Source of the DNA: an uncultured Verrucomicrobiota bacterium
GTDB taxonomy: Bacteria; Verrucomicrobiota; Kiritimatiellia; PWTM01
Length of the DNA stretch: 29,119 nt
NCBI GenBank assembly: GCA_964464305.1
Contig: CAYXFW010000002.1
Span: 1-29,119 of the forward strand
Direction of reading: 5' to 3'
Shown: positions 1 to 9,111 of the stretch, in pieces
How positions within the stretch are numbered: position 1 is the stretch's first letter
Layout: every line of letters starts with the position of its first letter
The notes under the pieces: model-generated
Databases searched by the model: none
Told to the model about the DNA's origin: nothing
What the model saw: the letters and a program-made list of their open reading frames with translations, nothing else
Position numbers and translations under genes: made by a program

Positions 1-869
1 ATGAAGACGTTCGCGCCGCGCTGGAGGGCGAGGTTGCGGCCCGTCCCGGGAAAGACGGCATCGAAGGCGGTGGTCGCGGGGATGTGCGCGCGGGGATGCA
101 CGAGACGCAGGGCCGCGACGGCGGTGAAGAACATCTCCGGATCGTCCGCGTACGCGTTGGGCTCCGCGCCGAGCGGCGTGTCGGGGTGCGGGATGTAGGG
201 GCCGATGCCCACCATGTCGAGGTCGAGTGTGCGGCAGAGCAGAAGGTTGTCCGCCAGAACGCCCGGCGTTTCGCCGGGCACGCCGATCATGAAGCCGCCG
301 CCGGTCTGAACGCCAAGCTCGCGCAGGTCGCGCAGGCAGCGCAGGCGCTCGTCGAGCGTGCAGTCGGGATGCAGCCGGGCGAAGATCGCAGGGTCGCTGG
401 TTTCGAAACGGAGCAGATAGCGGTCCATGCCGCAGTCGCGCCATCCTGCGTAGACCTCGCGCGGGCGGTTGCCGACGGACACGGTCACGGCCAGGCCGGT
501 TTCCGCCTTGATGCGGCGGATGATCTCGCCAAGTTCGCGGTCGCCGGCGGCGGAGGGTGCCTCGCCGGCCTGGAGCACGACGGTCGTCTGCTGCCAGCCG
601 GTCATCTTCCGGGCGACGTCGAGGATCTCGTCCGCCGGAAGCCGGTAGCGCCGCACCTTCTCGTTCGACCGCCGGATCCCGCAATAGAGACAGTCGTTGG
701 CGCAGATGTTGGAGAATTCGATGATGCCGCGAACGAAAACCTCGTCGCCCTTCCGCTCCCGCCGCACCGCATCGGCGCGCCGGTAGAGCGCCTCCCGCTC
801 CGCCCCCCTCAGGGCCAGCCATGAAAGCACCTCGCCGCGCGTCGGCACCGCATCGACTTGGATCCTCAT
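1..869 (-). CDS. hydE: HydE-type radical SAM protein ([FeFe]-hydrogenase maturase HydE family), 3' end beyond left edge
   Basis: Not in the ORF track (no stop in window). Manual translation from ATG at 869: MRIQVDAVPTRGEVLSWL...RRADAVRRERKGDEVFVRGIIEFSNICANDCLYCGIRRSN (CX3CX2C), DRYLLRFETSD, GGGFMIGVPGET, DLDMVGIGPYIPHPDTPL, RGANVF. These are HydE-family hallmarks. Confidence 0.8.
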   Translation of the reverse strand, partial: MRIQVDAVPTRGEVLSWLALRGAEREALYRRADAVRRERKGDEVFVRGIIEFSNICANDCLYCGIRRSNEKVRRYRLPADEILDVARKMTGWQQTTVVLQAGEAPSAAGDRELGEIIRRIKAETGLAVTVSVGNRPREVYAGWRDCGMDRYLLRFETSDPAIFARLHPDCTLDERLRCLRDLRELGVQTGGGFMIGVPGETPGVLADNLLLCRTLDLDMVGIGPYIPHPDTPLGAEPNAYADDPEMFFTAVAALRLVHPRAHIPATTAFDAVFPGTGRNLALQRGANVF

Positions 870-876
870 GAGCGCA

Positions 877-1581
877 TCACCTTACGGCCTTGCCGGCCCC
901 GGATCCAGAAGGCACCCGTGCGGCGATTTCCGCGACTCGGGAGCGGATGGCGCGGCGGTCGTTGCGGGCGATGTGCGTTTGCAGCCCGGGATCGGCGGCG
1001 ATGGCCTTCATCAGGGCACGGCGGGCCGCGCCGGGGCTCCGACCGCCGCGCGCGTCGGCCATGAGGCAGGCGGCGGTCTGCCAGCCGGGACCGACCGCGG
1101 ATTCGAGCCGGCGGCGCAGCGCCGCGGAGAGCGCGGGGGCGTGACCGCCGCTGGCGATCGAGACGAGCAGCGGCCCTCGGGCAAAGAAGGACGTCACGTG
1201 GAAGTCGCAGTGCGGAGGAGAATCCATCGCGTTCAGAAGGCGACGGTGGCGGCGGCACCAGGCGGACAGTCGCGCCACGACGCGCGGATCGCCGCAGCCC
1301 TCCATCACGACGTCCGCGGCGCGCACGTCCGATTCGCAGACCGGCCGCTCGACGAGGCGCACGCGCGTATCGCGTGCCGCCTGCCGACGCAGCGCGGGGC
1401 GCACCGCCAGCGTCACAAGGACGATCGAGGCCCAGTCGAAACGCAGTGCGGCGGACAGGCGGTCGGCGGTCTCCGGCCCCCCGCCGGCGATCAGCAGCCG
1501 CCGCCCGGTCGTGACGAGCGCGACCGGGAATGCGGCGTGACGCCGGGACGGCGAAGCGGAGGATGGACGCGCACGGGGCAC
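877..1581 (-). CDS. sirC: Precorrin-2 dehydrogenase / sirohydrochlorin ferrochelatase (CysG N-terminal, SirC/Met8-like)
   Basis: GRRLLIAGGG Rossmann motif; LNAMDSPPHCDFHVTSFFARGPLLVSIASGGHAPALSAALRRRLE matches the CysG-N pattern. GTG start 3 nt after the cysH stop. Confidence 0.85.
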   Translation of the reverse strand: MPRARPSSASPSRRHAAFPVALVTTGRRLLIAGGGPETADRLSAALRFDWASIVLVTLAVRPALRRQAARDTRVRLVERPVCESDVRAADVVMEGCGDPRVVARLSAWCRRHRRLLNAMDSPPHCDFHVTSFFARGPLLVSIASGGHAPALSAALRRRLESAVGPGWQTAACLMADARGGRSPGAARRALMKAIAADPGLQTHIARNDRRAIRSRVAEIAARVPSGSGAGKAVR

Positions 1582-1584
1582 GGC

Positions 1585-2322
1585 TCAGGGCCCCGGCCGC
1601 AGGTGCAGGCCGCATTCCTTGTGCTCGGGGTTCTCCCACCACCAACGCCCGGCGCGCTCGTCCTCGCCCGGACGAATCGCGCGCGTGCACGGCGCACAGC
1701 CGATCGACGTGTAGCCCCGATCGTAGAGCCGGTTGTACGGCAGCTTGTGCTCGCGGACATGGGCCTTGACCTGATCGAGCGTCCAGCCTGCGAGCGGGCT
1801 GATCTTCACGATGCCGCCGTGGGCGGCATCGACCTCCACGACGCGAAGGTCGGTCCGCGTCACGCCCTGCCCGCGACGGAGGCCCGTCATCCACGCGCGC
1901 AGGCCGGCCAGCGCACGGCCGAGCGGCTCGACCTTCCGGATGCCGCAGCACTCCCGGCGGTTGTCGACCGACTCGCGGAACGAGAAGAGCCCCTTCTGCC
2001 GTTCGAGCGCCTCGACCGGTTCGCGCTGCGGGAAATACCACTCGACGCGCAGGCCGCACCGCGCACTCATGGCCTCGGCGCACTCGTACGTCTCGGGATC
2101 GAGGCGCCCCGTATCGAGCGCGAACACGCGCGCGTCCGGCCTGCGCCTCGCGAGCAGGTCCATGAGGATGCAATCCTCGAAGCTGAAACTCGACGCCAGC
2201 GCAACCGACGGATGGTACAGCTCCAGCGCGCGCCCGATCACCGCTCCGGCGTCCGCGAGATCGACCCCGGCCCAGTCCCGCTCAAGTTCCTGTGCGATCA
2301 TTCCGCCCTCAATCTCCGCCAT
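1585..2322 (-). CDS. cysH: Adenosine 5'-phosphosulfate (APS) reductase, CysH family
   Basis: SSFSFED, LDTGRL, RRECCGIRKVEPL, WMTGLRRGQ, YTSIGCAPCT, RAGRWWWE, KECGLH. The CC pair plus CxxC is the [4Fe-4S] APS-reductase signature. Start uncertain (2379 TTG, 2322 or 2301 ATG; 2301 has a GAGGG RBS). Confidence 0.95.
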   Translation of the reverse strand: MAEIEGGMIAQELERDWAGVDLADAGAVIGRALELYHPSVALASSFSFEDCILMDLLARRRPDARVFALDTGRLDPETYECAEAMSARCGLRVEWYFPQREPVEALERQKGLFSFRESVDNRRECCGIRKVEPLGRALAGLRAWMTGLRRGQGVTRTDLRVVEVDAAHGGIVKISPLAGWTLDQVKAHVREHKLPYNRLYDRGYTSIGCAPCTRAIRPGEDERAGRWWWENPEHKECGLHLRPGP

Positions 2323-2361
2323 TTTGCCGGACTTTCCACCCGTTCCGGCAACCGCCTGCGT

Positions 2362-2389
2362 TTGACAAATCGCCGCCAACCCCTACGCT
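2362..2389 (+). promoter_or_regulatory. Putative sigma70 promoter for sulfite reductase operon
   Basis: TTGACA (2362-2367), 16 nt, TACGCT (2384-2389); 39 nt upstream of ATG 2429. Confidence 0.5.
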
Positions 2390-2428
2390 TTGGCGCGCAG
2401 GAACGCAACCCCTGACTACGGAACCGAC

Positions 2429-4111
2429 ATGCCGGCACAGCCCGATCTGACCCAGGTTGAACGCGACAAGCTGTCGATCGACCCGGATTTCGACTTCAGG
2501 AACGACATCGCATGCCGCGACCTCGCGGACATCACGCCCAACGAACTCGCGATGTTCAAGTGGACCGGGATCTACCCGCAGCTTCAGAAGGGTTTCTTCA
2601 TGATGCGGATCCGCATCCCCGGCGGGCTGCTGACCGCGGACCAGCTCGCGCGGATTGCGGATCTCGGCGACGAATACGCGCAGGGGCAGACCTGCATCAC
2701 GACCCGCCAGACCCTGCAGTTCCACTGGCTGCGCAAGGACGACCTCTGGAAGGTGCTCGAGGCCCTGCGCGAGGTCGGGCTCGACACGAAGAACGCGTGC
2801 GGCGACGTCACGCGCAACGTGGTGACCTGCCCGCTGCAGGGCGTCTGCCCGCATGAGATCGGCGACGTGCGGCCCATGCTGCTGGCGATCGCGAACGATC
2901 CTGAGCTGAAGGACCGCCAGCGGAATCTGCCCCGGAAGCACAAGATCAGCGTCGCCGGCTGCGGGCGCGCCTGCGGCCAGACGCTGATGAACTGCCAGGG
3001 CTGGCATCCGGTCCGCCGCGCGGGCCCCGACGGCGCGGAGGAGACCGGCTGGCGCTTCCACGCGGGCGGCGGGCTCGGCGCCCGGCCGTTCATGGCGAAG
3101 GCCGTCTTCGCATGGGTGCCGGAGGATCTCGTGCTCGACGTGGTGCGCGCCACGGCCGAGGTGTTCCGCGTTCAGGGCGACCGCCGCGTCCGCGCCCGCG
3201 CGCGGCTGAAGTACGTTGTCGACCGCATGGGCCCCGGCGGCTTCGCCGACGCGGTCCTCGCCGAACTCGGCACCCGCGGCGTCTCCGGCCTCCAACGCAT
3301 CGAACGCGCGACGGGGCCGGCGGACATCGGCCCGATGTTTCTCGACGGCCAGACCGTCATTCCCCAGCGTCAGCCGGGGATGAACACCGTGCGCCTGATC
3401 GTGCCCCGCTCCGAGCTGCCCTGCCGCGACGCACGGCTCTTCGCGGCATGGGCGCGCGAACTGGGCGACGGCTCGATCATGCTGACGGCCCGCCAGAACC
3501 TCCAGTTCCGCTTCGTTCCGGACGCCCGCGTACCGGACCTGCTCGGCCGCATCCGTTCGGCCGGCTATGCCACCGAGGGCCTCGAACGGCTGCCGGACAT
3601 GGTCGCGTGCGTCGGCACGACGCAGTGCAATCTGGCCGTCTCCGACACGCCCAATGCGTGGCGTCGGCTGCACACGGAGTTGGCGTCGGACAGGGAGTTC
3701 TGGGCGAAGGTGGGCCCGCTGCGGATTCACATGAACGGCTGCCCGAACTCCTGCGCACAGCACTGGATCGCGGACATCGGCCTCCGGGGGCGCCGGACGA
3801 CGACGGACACGGGCAGCGAGGAGGGTTTCGAGATCTGCATCGGCGGCGGTCTCGACGGCTCCGGGCACATTGCGCGCCCGATGTGCGAGGTGGCGACCGC
3901 CGGACTCGCGCCGGCCGTGCGCCGGATTCTTGAGATCTATCTCGAGGGCCGGCGCGACGACGCCGAGACCTTCGCAACCTTCGCACGCCGCGTCGGCACG
4001 GAGGCGATCTCGGCTCGGCTCGGCGTGCCGGCCGTCCGCGGCACGCCGGCGAATCAGACGAACCTGAAGCTACAGCCGGTCTTCGACGAGGCGGTCGCAT
4101 GGGAATCCTAG
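2429..4111 (+). CDS. sir: Ferredoxin-type sulfite (nitrite/sulfite) reductase, siroheme-[4Fe-4S] hemoprotein
   Basis: FMMRIRIPGG, ITTRQTLQFH, LPRKHKISVAGC, LTARQNLQ, ACVGTTQC...NGCPNSCAQHWIADIGLRG. Sulfur-pathway context favours sulfite over nitrite. ATG 2429 preferred over TTG 2390, which abuts the -10 box. Confidence 0.9.
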   Translation: MPAQPDLTQVERDKLSIDPDFDFRNDIACRDLADITPNELAMFKWTGIYPQLQKGFFMMRIRIPGGLLTADQLARIADLGDEYAQGQTCITTRQTLQFHWLRKDDLWKVLEALREVGLDTKNACGDVTRNVVTCPLQGVCPHEIGDVRPMLLAIANDPELKDRQRNLPRKHKISVAGCGRACGQTLMNCQGWHPVRRAGPDGAEETGWRFHAGGGLGARPFMAKAVFAWVPEDLVLDVVRATAEVFRVQGDRRVRARARLKYVVDRMGPGGFADAVLAELGTRGVSGLQRIERATGPADIGPMFLDGQTVIPQRQPGMNTVRLIVPRSELPCRDARLFAAWARELGDGSIMLTARQNLQFRFVPDARVPDLLGRIRSAGYATEGLERLPDMVACVGTTQCNLAVSDTPNAWRRLHTELASDREFWAKVGPLRIHMNGCPNSCAQHWIADIGLRGRRTTTDTGSEEGFEICIGGGLDGSGHIARPMCEVATAGLAPAVRRILEIYLEGRRDDAETFATFARRVGTEAISARLGVPAVRGTPANQTNLKLQPVFDEAVAWES

Positions 4112-4139
4112 GCACGGCCGACGGGGGCAACTTCGGGGC

Positions 4140-6566
4140 ATGACGATCCCGCTGGACGAGTCGATCCGCAGGGCCGAGGCCCTGATTGCATCGCGGCAGA
4201 ACGATGCCGCCATCGATCTGCTGCGCGCGCCCGGCGCGCCGGACGATGGCGCGCGATATGCGCTGCTGGCGCGGGCCTACTTCCAGCGCGGCGACAGCCG
4301 GGGCGACGTCTACTCGAGCCATTTCTTCGCGACCCGCGCGATGGAGCTCGGCGTCGCGACCGCCCCGGTCCTCGCCATCCGCGCCATTGCCGCGTTCCGC
4401 AAGGAGTTGTTCGCCGAAGCCGCGGATCACTTCGGCCGCTACGTCACCGGGCGAAGCCCCGGCGCCTCGCAATTCATGCTCGGGCTCTCGCTGCTACGTC
4501 TCGGCCGGGCGGCCGACGCCGTGCCGTGGATCGAGCGCGCCTCGGCGGCGCCGCTGGCGAGGCCGGAGTACGCGACGGCGCTCATCGAGGCCCGCGCGGC
4601 GGCGGCCGCCGGTGCGCCGGCCCCGACGCACGCGTGGACGAAAGCCCCGCACGGCCTCGGAGGACCGCGTGATCAACGCCCGCTGGACGCGCCCGCCCCC
4701 TACCCTTCGAGCGCCGTGTCCAAGCTGCTCGGCGACGCCTCGACGCCGAAGGACTTCGACTGGCTGGCGCGCAACATCCCGTGTCAGAAGGCGTGCCCGG
4801 CCGGGACCGACATTCCGGGCTACCTGGATGCAATTTATCGGGGCGATGTCGAGCGCGCCTACCGGATCAACCTTCACGACAACGTCTTTCCGGCCATCCT
4901 GGGCCGCGTCTGTTCGCGGCCCTGCGAGGCCGAGTGCCGCCACGGCTGGGAGGGCCTCGGTGAACCGGTGGCGATCTGTTTTTCCAAGCGCTCCGCCTCC
5001 GATTTCAGGGCACAGAAGCCGGTCGTCCTCGACCCGTGGTTCCCGCCGAGCGGCAAGACGGTCGCGGTGATCGGTTCCGGCCCGGCCGGCCTCGCCGCGG
5101 CGCGCAACCTGGCACTGATGGGCCACGGGGTGACGGTGGTCGAGAAGCACACGGTGCCCGGCGGCATGATGAACCAGGGCATCCCGGAGTTCCGGCTGCC
5201 GCGCGACGTCATCGATCGCGAAGTCGACCAGGTGCGGCGGCAGGGCGTGAATATCCTCTGCGGCGTCGCCGCCGGCCCCGACCTGCCGCTGGCGAAGCTG
5301 CTGGCGGACCACGACGCCGTCGTCCTGGCTTGCGGCACGCTGCGGCCGAACCTGCTCGACATTCCCGGTGCGGATCTCGCGGGTATCCGCCACGGGCTGC
5401 CCTTCCTGCTCGAGGCCAACGAGCGCCGCGCGGCGGAGGTCGGCCGCCACGTGGTCATCATCGGCGGCGGCTTCACGGCGATGGACTGTGCCCGCACGGC
5501 GGCGCGGCTCGGGGCCCAGACGGTCGAGCTTGAATTCGAAACGGCGGCCGACGGGCAGCCGGCGGTGATGAAGCTGCGCCGCGAGTCCGTGAAGGTGCTG
5601 TACCGCCGATCGAAGACCGAGATGCTGATCACGCCCGGCGAACTGGAGGAACTCAACCACGAAGGCATCCCGATGCACTTCATGGTGGCCCCGGTCGCCT
5701 ACGTCGGCGGGAATGGCCGCGTGAAGGCGATGCGGTTCGTCCGCACCGAGCTCGGCGAGCCCGACGCCGGGGGGCGCCGCCGGCCGGTGGCGGTTCCGGG
5801 CTCGGAGTTCGAGATTCCCGCCGATACCGTGCTGCTGGCGACCGGCCAGTTCCCCGACGCCGCATGGATCGACGCAGAGTTGCAGGCGGGGCTGGTCGAC
5901 CGCGACGGCTGGCTCCGCAGCGGAACGAGCCCGTGCACCGCCCTTGCGAAGCTCTTCGTCGCCGGCGACTTCGCCACCGGTGCGAGCACGCTGATCCAGG
6001 CGATCGCCCACGGCAAGGACTGCGCGCGCCGGGTCGATGCGTTCCTGATGGGCGCCGAACGGCTTCGCGAGGTGGCGCGGATCGAGGACGTCGAGACCAC
6101 GGGCCGCATCCGCGAGATGGATTACGTTCCGCGTCAGCCGATGCCGTCGCTGCCCGCCGCGCAGCGCACGCTCGAGGCCGAGGTCGAACTCGGTTTCGAC
6201 CGCGCGGCCTCCGTCGAGGAAACGCAGCGCTGCTACCTCTGCCACTTCAAGTACGAGATCGACCCGGACGCGTGCATCTTCTGCGACTGGTGCATCAAGG
6301 TGAAGCCGCGGCCGAACTGCATCGTCAAGGCGGCGGACCTCGTCCACGACCGCGAGGGCCGGATCGTGAGCCACCACCCGGCGACGTCGACCGAGGCGAC
6401 GAAGCTGATCTGGATCAACCAGGCCGACTGCATCCGCTGCAACGCGTGTGTCGAGGTCTGCCCCGTCGATGCGATCAGCGTCCAGCGCGTCAGCCTCCGC
6501 ACCGTCCGCGCCGCCGACGGCACCGCGACCGTCGACCTGGCGACGGCGACGCCCTTCACAGGCTGA
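4140..6566 (+). CDS. NAD(P)H-dependent iron-sulfur flavoprotein: N-terminal TPR-like region, GltD/SudA-like core, C-terminal 4Fe-4S ferredoxin (DsrL-like architecture)
   Basis: PCQKACPAG and GRVCSRPCEAEC clusters; VAVIGSGPAGL and VVIIGGGFTAMD dinucleotide motifs; YRRS; FVAGDFATG; C-terminal RCYLC, CIFCDWC, CIRCNACVEVCP. First ~150 aa are helical with a TPR-like pattern (YALLARAYFQRGD, QFMLGLSLLRLGRAADAVPWIERA). Confidence 0.85.
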   Translation: MTIPLDESIRRAEALIASRQNDAAIDLLRAPGAPDDGARYALLARAYFQRGDSRGDVYSSHFFATRAMELGVATAPVLAIRAIAAFRKELFAEAADHFGRYVTGRSPGASQFMLGLSLLRLGRAADAVPWIERASAAPLARPEYATALIEARAAAAAGAPAPTHAWTKAPHGLGGPRDQRPLDAPAPYPSSAVSKLLGDASTPKDFDWLARNIPCQKACPAGTDIPGYLDAIYRGDVERAYRINLHDNVFPAILGRVCSRPCEAECRHGWEGLGEPVAICFSKRSASDFRAQKPVVLDPWFPPSGKTVAVIGSGPAGLAAARNLALMGHGVTVVEKHTVPGGMMNQGIPEFRLPRDVIDREVDQVRRQGVNILCGVAAGPDLPLAKLLADHDAVVLACGTLRPNLLDIPGADLAGIRHGLPFLLEANERRAAEVGRHVVIIGGGFTAMDCARTAARLGAQTVELEFETAADGQPAVMKLRRESVKVLYRRSKTEMLITPGELEELNHEGIPMHFMVAPVAYVGGNGRVKAMRFVRTELGEPDAGGRRRPVAVPGSEFEIPADTVLLATGQFPDAAWIDAELQAGLVDRDGWLRSGTSPCTALAKLFVAGDFATGASTLIQAIAHGKDCARRVDAFLMGAERLREVARIEDVETTGRIREMDYVPRQPMPSLPAAQRTLEAEVELGFDRAASVEETQRCYLCHFKYEIDPDACIFCDWCIKVKPRPNCIVKAADLVHDREGRIVSHHPATSTEATKLIWINQADCIRCNACVEVCPVDAISVQRVSLRTVRAADGTATVDLATATPFTG

Positions 6567-6708
6567 CCGGAGGCGGAGTCGGCGAGGATCATCGGGCGGC
6601 CGGTTTGTCCATGGCCCGCAGGGCGGCGGGATCGCAGGCGGGGTCCGGAACGTTCTCCATCCGCTCCGGCGTCCATGGCGTCGACACGATGCGATCCCGA
6701 CGCGCCAG

Positions 6709-7956
6709 TCACGTCAGCGCTGCGTTCACATGGTCTCGTGCCATCGCGAAGACCTCCACCTCGCCGGCGACGGCCGGGGCGGCGGCGAATCCGGGGACGG
6801 GAGTGCCGCCGCGGCGCGGCGGGCGTAGCGGGCGGCCGCCGAAGTCGACCACGAGGTCCTCGAGGGCGTCGAGGATTGCGGCGCCGCCGGCCAGCCGGAC
6901 GACGCGGCCGGCCAGCGCACCGGCGGACCGCGGCAGGGGCGCGCCGGCCACCTCGCCGACGATCAGCACGCCCGGGGGCAGATGCGCGCCGGGGGGACGC
7001 GCGGCAAGGAATCCCGAGACGGTCGCGGCCAGGTCGCCGAGTGCGCCTTGGAGGATCGTCTCCTCCGGGCCGCCGGCGTGGAACACGACGGCCGCGGGCG
7101 TCCCGGCCGGCATGCCTTCGTCGCGAAGCTGCGCGACAACGCCCCCGATCACACCGACGGCCATGAAGAGCACGACAGGCTGCGCGGCGCGGGCGGCGGC
7201 GTCGACCGGCGCCAGCCCCCCCTCGTGAGTTCGCGGCGTCATGGCACAGAAACCGCGCGAGACGCCGCGGCGTGTCAGGAGCAGTCCCGTGGCGGTCGTC
7301 GCCGCACTGAGCGCGCTGACGCCCGGCAGCACGCGGTACGGCAGCCGTAGCGCCTCGAGCGCCGAGGTCTCCTCGGCCAGCCGGCCGAAGAGGCCCGGAT
7401 CGCCGCCCTTGAGCCGCACGACGCGGGCCCCGCGGCGCGCGTGGTCGAGCAGGGCCGCCGTGATCTCGGACTGCTGTGCATGATGGCACCCGCGGCGTTT
7501 GCCCACGTCGACGATCGCCGCACCGGAAGGGACGAGGTCGAGCAACGCCGGGTCGATCAGCGAGTCGTGGAGGCACACCTCGCACCGGCGCAGGGCGCGG
7601 ACGCCGTCGAGCGTGCAGTTGCCGGCGCGCCCGCAACCTGCGCCGACGAACGTCACGGCGCGAACGTAGAGGCTCCGGACGAGGCGCCCGACCGGATCAT
7701 CCGCCCGGAACACGAACACCGGGAGGTCGACGGTGTCTCCGAATACCGGCACCCTGAACCAGTCCAGGGCCGCGTCCTGCGGCGTCTCCACCGCCAAGGC
7801 GGCATCGGCATCCCCTGCGAGGACTGCCTCCCGGGGATCCCCCCGCACAGCGACCGAAACCCAGTCGCACGCGGGCAGGTCCACCCGCAGCCGGTGCGCC
7901 GCCGCGGCATGCTCTGCCGCCGCCACCAACCGGATGACCGTCTTGCCCCCGCTCAT
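6709..7956 (-). CDS. cobA: Uroporphyrinogen-III C-methyltransferase (SUMT) with extra N- and C-terminal segments
   Basis: VTFVGAG, LHDSLID, VDVGKR, VVRLKGGDPGLFGRLAEE, LPGVSALSAA, LTRRGVSRG. Start uncertain (7992 or 7956). Confidence 0.9.
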   Translation of the reverse strand: MSGGKTVIRLVAAAEHAAAAHRLRVDLPACDWVSVAVRGDPREAVLAGDADAALAVETPQDAALDWFRVPVFGDTVDLPVFVFRADDPVGRLVRSLYVRAVTFVGAGCGRAGNCTLDGVRALRRCEVCLHDSLIDPALLDLVPSGAAIVDVGKRRGCHHAQQSEITAALLDHARRGARVVRLKGGDPGLFGRLAEETSALEALRLPYRVLPGVSALSAATTATGLLLTRRGVSRGFCAMTPRTHEGGLAPVDAAARAAQPVVLFMAVGVIGGVVAQLRDEGMPAGTPAAVVFHAGGPEETILQGALGDLAATVSGFLAARPPGAHLPPGVLIVGEVAGAPLPRSAGALAGRVVRLAGGAAILDALEDLVVDFGGRPLRPPRRGGTPVPGFAAAPAVAGEVEVFAMARDHVNAALT

Positions 7957-8139
7957 GTCGAAAGCATGCACCGGAACCGTCCCTCCGTCCACCTCCGGCG
8001 CTTCGTCCTCGTGGAAGATCTTATCCCGGCATCACGTTGGGCCACGCACGGGCACCACGAAATCGAGAGATCGTGCAATTCTAACCTGCCACACATTAGG
8101 ACTTTGCACGCCTTGATCGACAGAAGCCGCATGCGGGAT

Positions 8140-8167
8140 TTGACAGGCGTCCGGATTCTGATATAGT
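8140..8167 (+). promoter_or_regulatory. Putative sigma70 promoter for cysDN-DUF2061
   Basis: TTGACA (8140-8145), 16 nt, TATAGT (8162-8167), with extended -10 TG at 8159-8160. Confidence 0.7.
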
Positions 8168-8221
8168 AGTATCTCCATCGGCGCACTCGTGTATAAGGCC
8201 GATGCAGCGTGAGGGCGGCGA

Positions 8222-9103
8222 ATGGACTCGTTGGACAGGTTGGAAGCGCACAGCGTGCACATCCTTCGGGAGGCGTACCGGGAATTCAAGAGCCTGGTGA
8301 TGCTCTGGTCGATCGGGAAGGACAGCACGGTCTTGCTGTGGCTGGCGCGCAAGGCGTTCTTCGGACACGTCCCCTTCCCGCTCATGCACATCGACACGGG
8401 CTTCAAGATCCCGGAGATGATCGCGTATCGCGACCGCATCGCGCGCGAATGGAAGCTCGATCTCATCGTCGGTCAGAACACCCAGGCGCTGGCGGCGAAG
8501 CAGACGTTTCCGGACGGCGCCCTCTCGCGCGTCGAGTGCTGCAAGGCGCTGAAGAGCGAGGCGCTCAAGCACACGCTGTCCGGCGAATGGCCGCGGCTCC
8601 GGCTCGATCACACGACCGGCCGGCTCGAGCCGGAGACGGTGCGGGAGACCTTCACGGGCGTCATTGTGGGTGTTCGCGCGGACGAGGAGGGCAGTCGCTC
8701 CAAGGAGCGCTACTTCTCCGCCCGTGACCGCCAGAACGAGTGGGACGTGGGGGATCAGCCGCCGGAGTTGTGGAAGCAGTTCAAGACGGACTTTGCACCC
8801 GGAACGCATGTGCGCGTCCACCCGCTTCTCGACTGGACCGAGTTGAACATCTGGGAGTACATCGAACGCGAGTCGATCCCGATCATCCCGCTCTACTTCG
8901 ACCGGGGCGGCGGCACGCGCTACCGGTCCCTCGGCTGCTTTCCCTGCACCGGCTGCGTCCGGTCGCCCGCGGGAAGCGTCGCGGAAATCGTCGAGGAACT
9001 GAAGACCGGCCGGTTTGCCAACGTCGCGGAACGGTCGGGGCGCGCGCAGGACAAGGAAGACGGCGGCGGCCTCGAGACCCTTCGGCGCGGCGGCTACATG
9101 TAG
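8222..9103 (+). CDS. cysD: Sulfate adenylyltransferase subunit 2
   Basis: [77 protein letters not shown]. Confidence 0.97.
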   Translation: MDSLDRLEAHSVHILREAYREFKSLVMLWSIGKDSTVLLWLARKAFFGHVPFPLMHIDTGFKIPEMIAYRDRIAREWKLDLIVGQNTQALAAKQTFPDGALSRVECCKALKSEALKHTLSGEWPRLRLDHTTGRLEPETVRETFTGVIVGVRADEEGSRSKERYFSARDRQNEWDVGDQPPELWKQFKTDFAPGTHVRVHPLLDWTELNIWEYIERESIPIIPLYFDRGGGTRYRSLGCFPCTGCVRSPAGSVAEIVEELKTGRFANVAERSGRAQDKEDGGGLETLRRGGYM

Positions 9104-9111
9104 GCATCGCC

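Noticed and set aside
4140-6566. Glutamate synthase small subunit, or evidence of dissimilatory sulfur metabolism
   Set aside because: No gltB and no dsrAB/dsrC in the window; the context is assimilatory and the extra domains do not fit plain GltD.
6567-6708. Terminator between the convergent oxidoreductase and cobA genes
   Set aside because: No clear stem followed by a U-tract on either strand.
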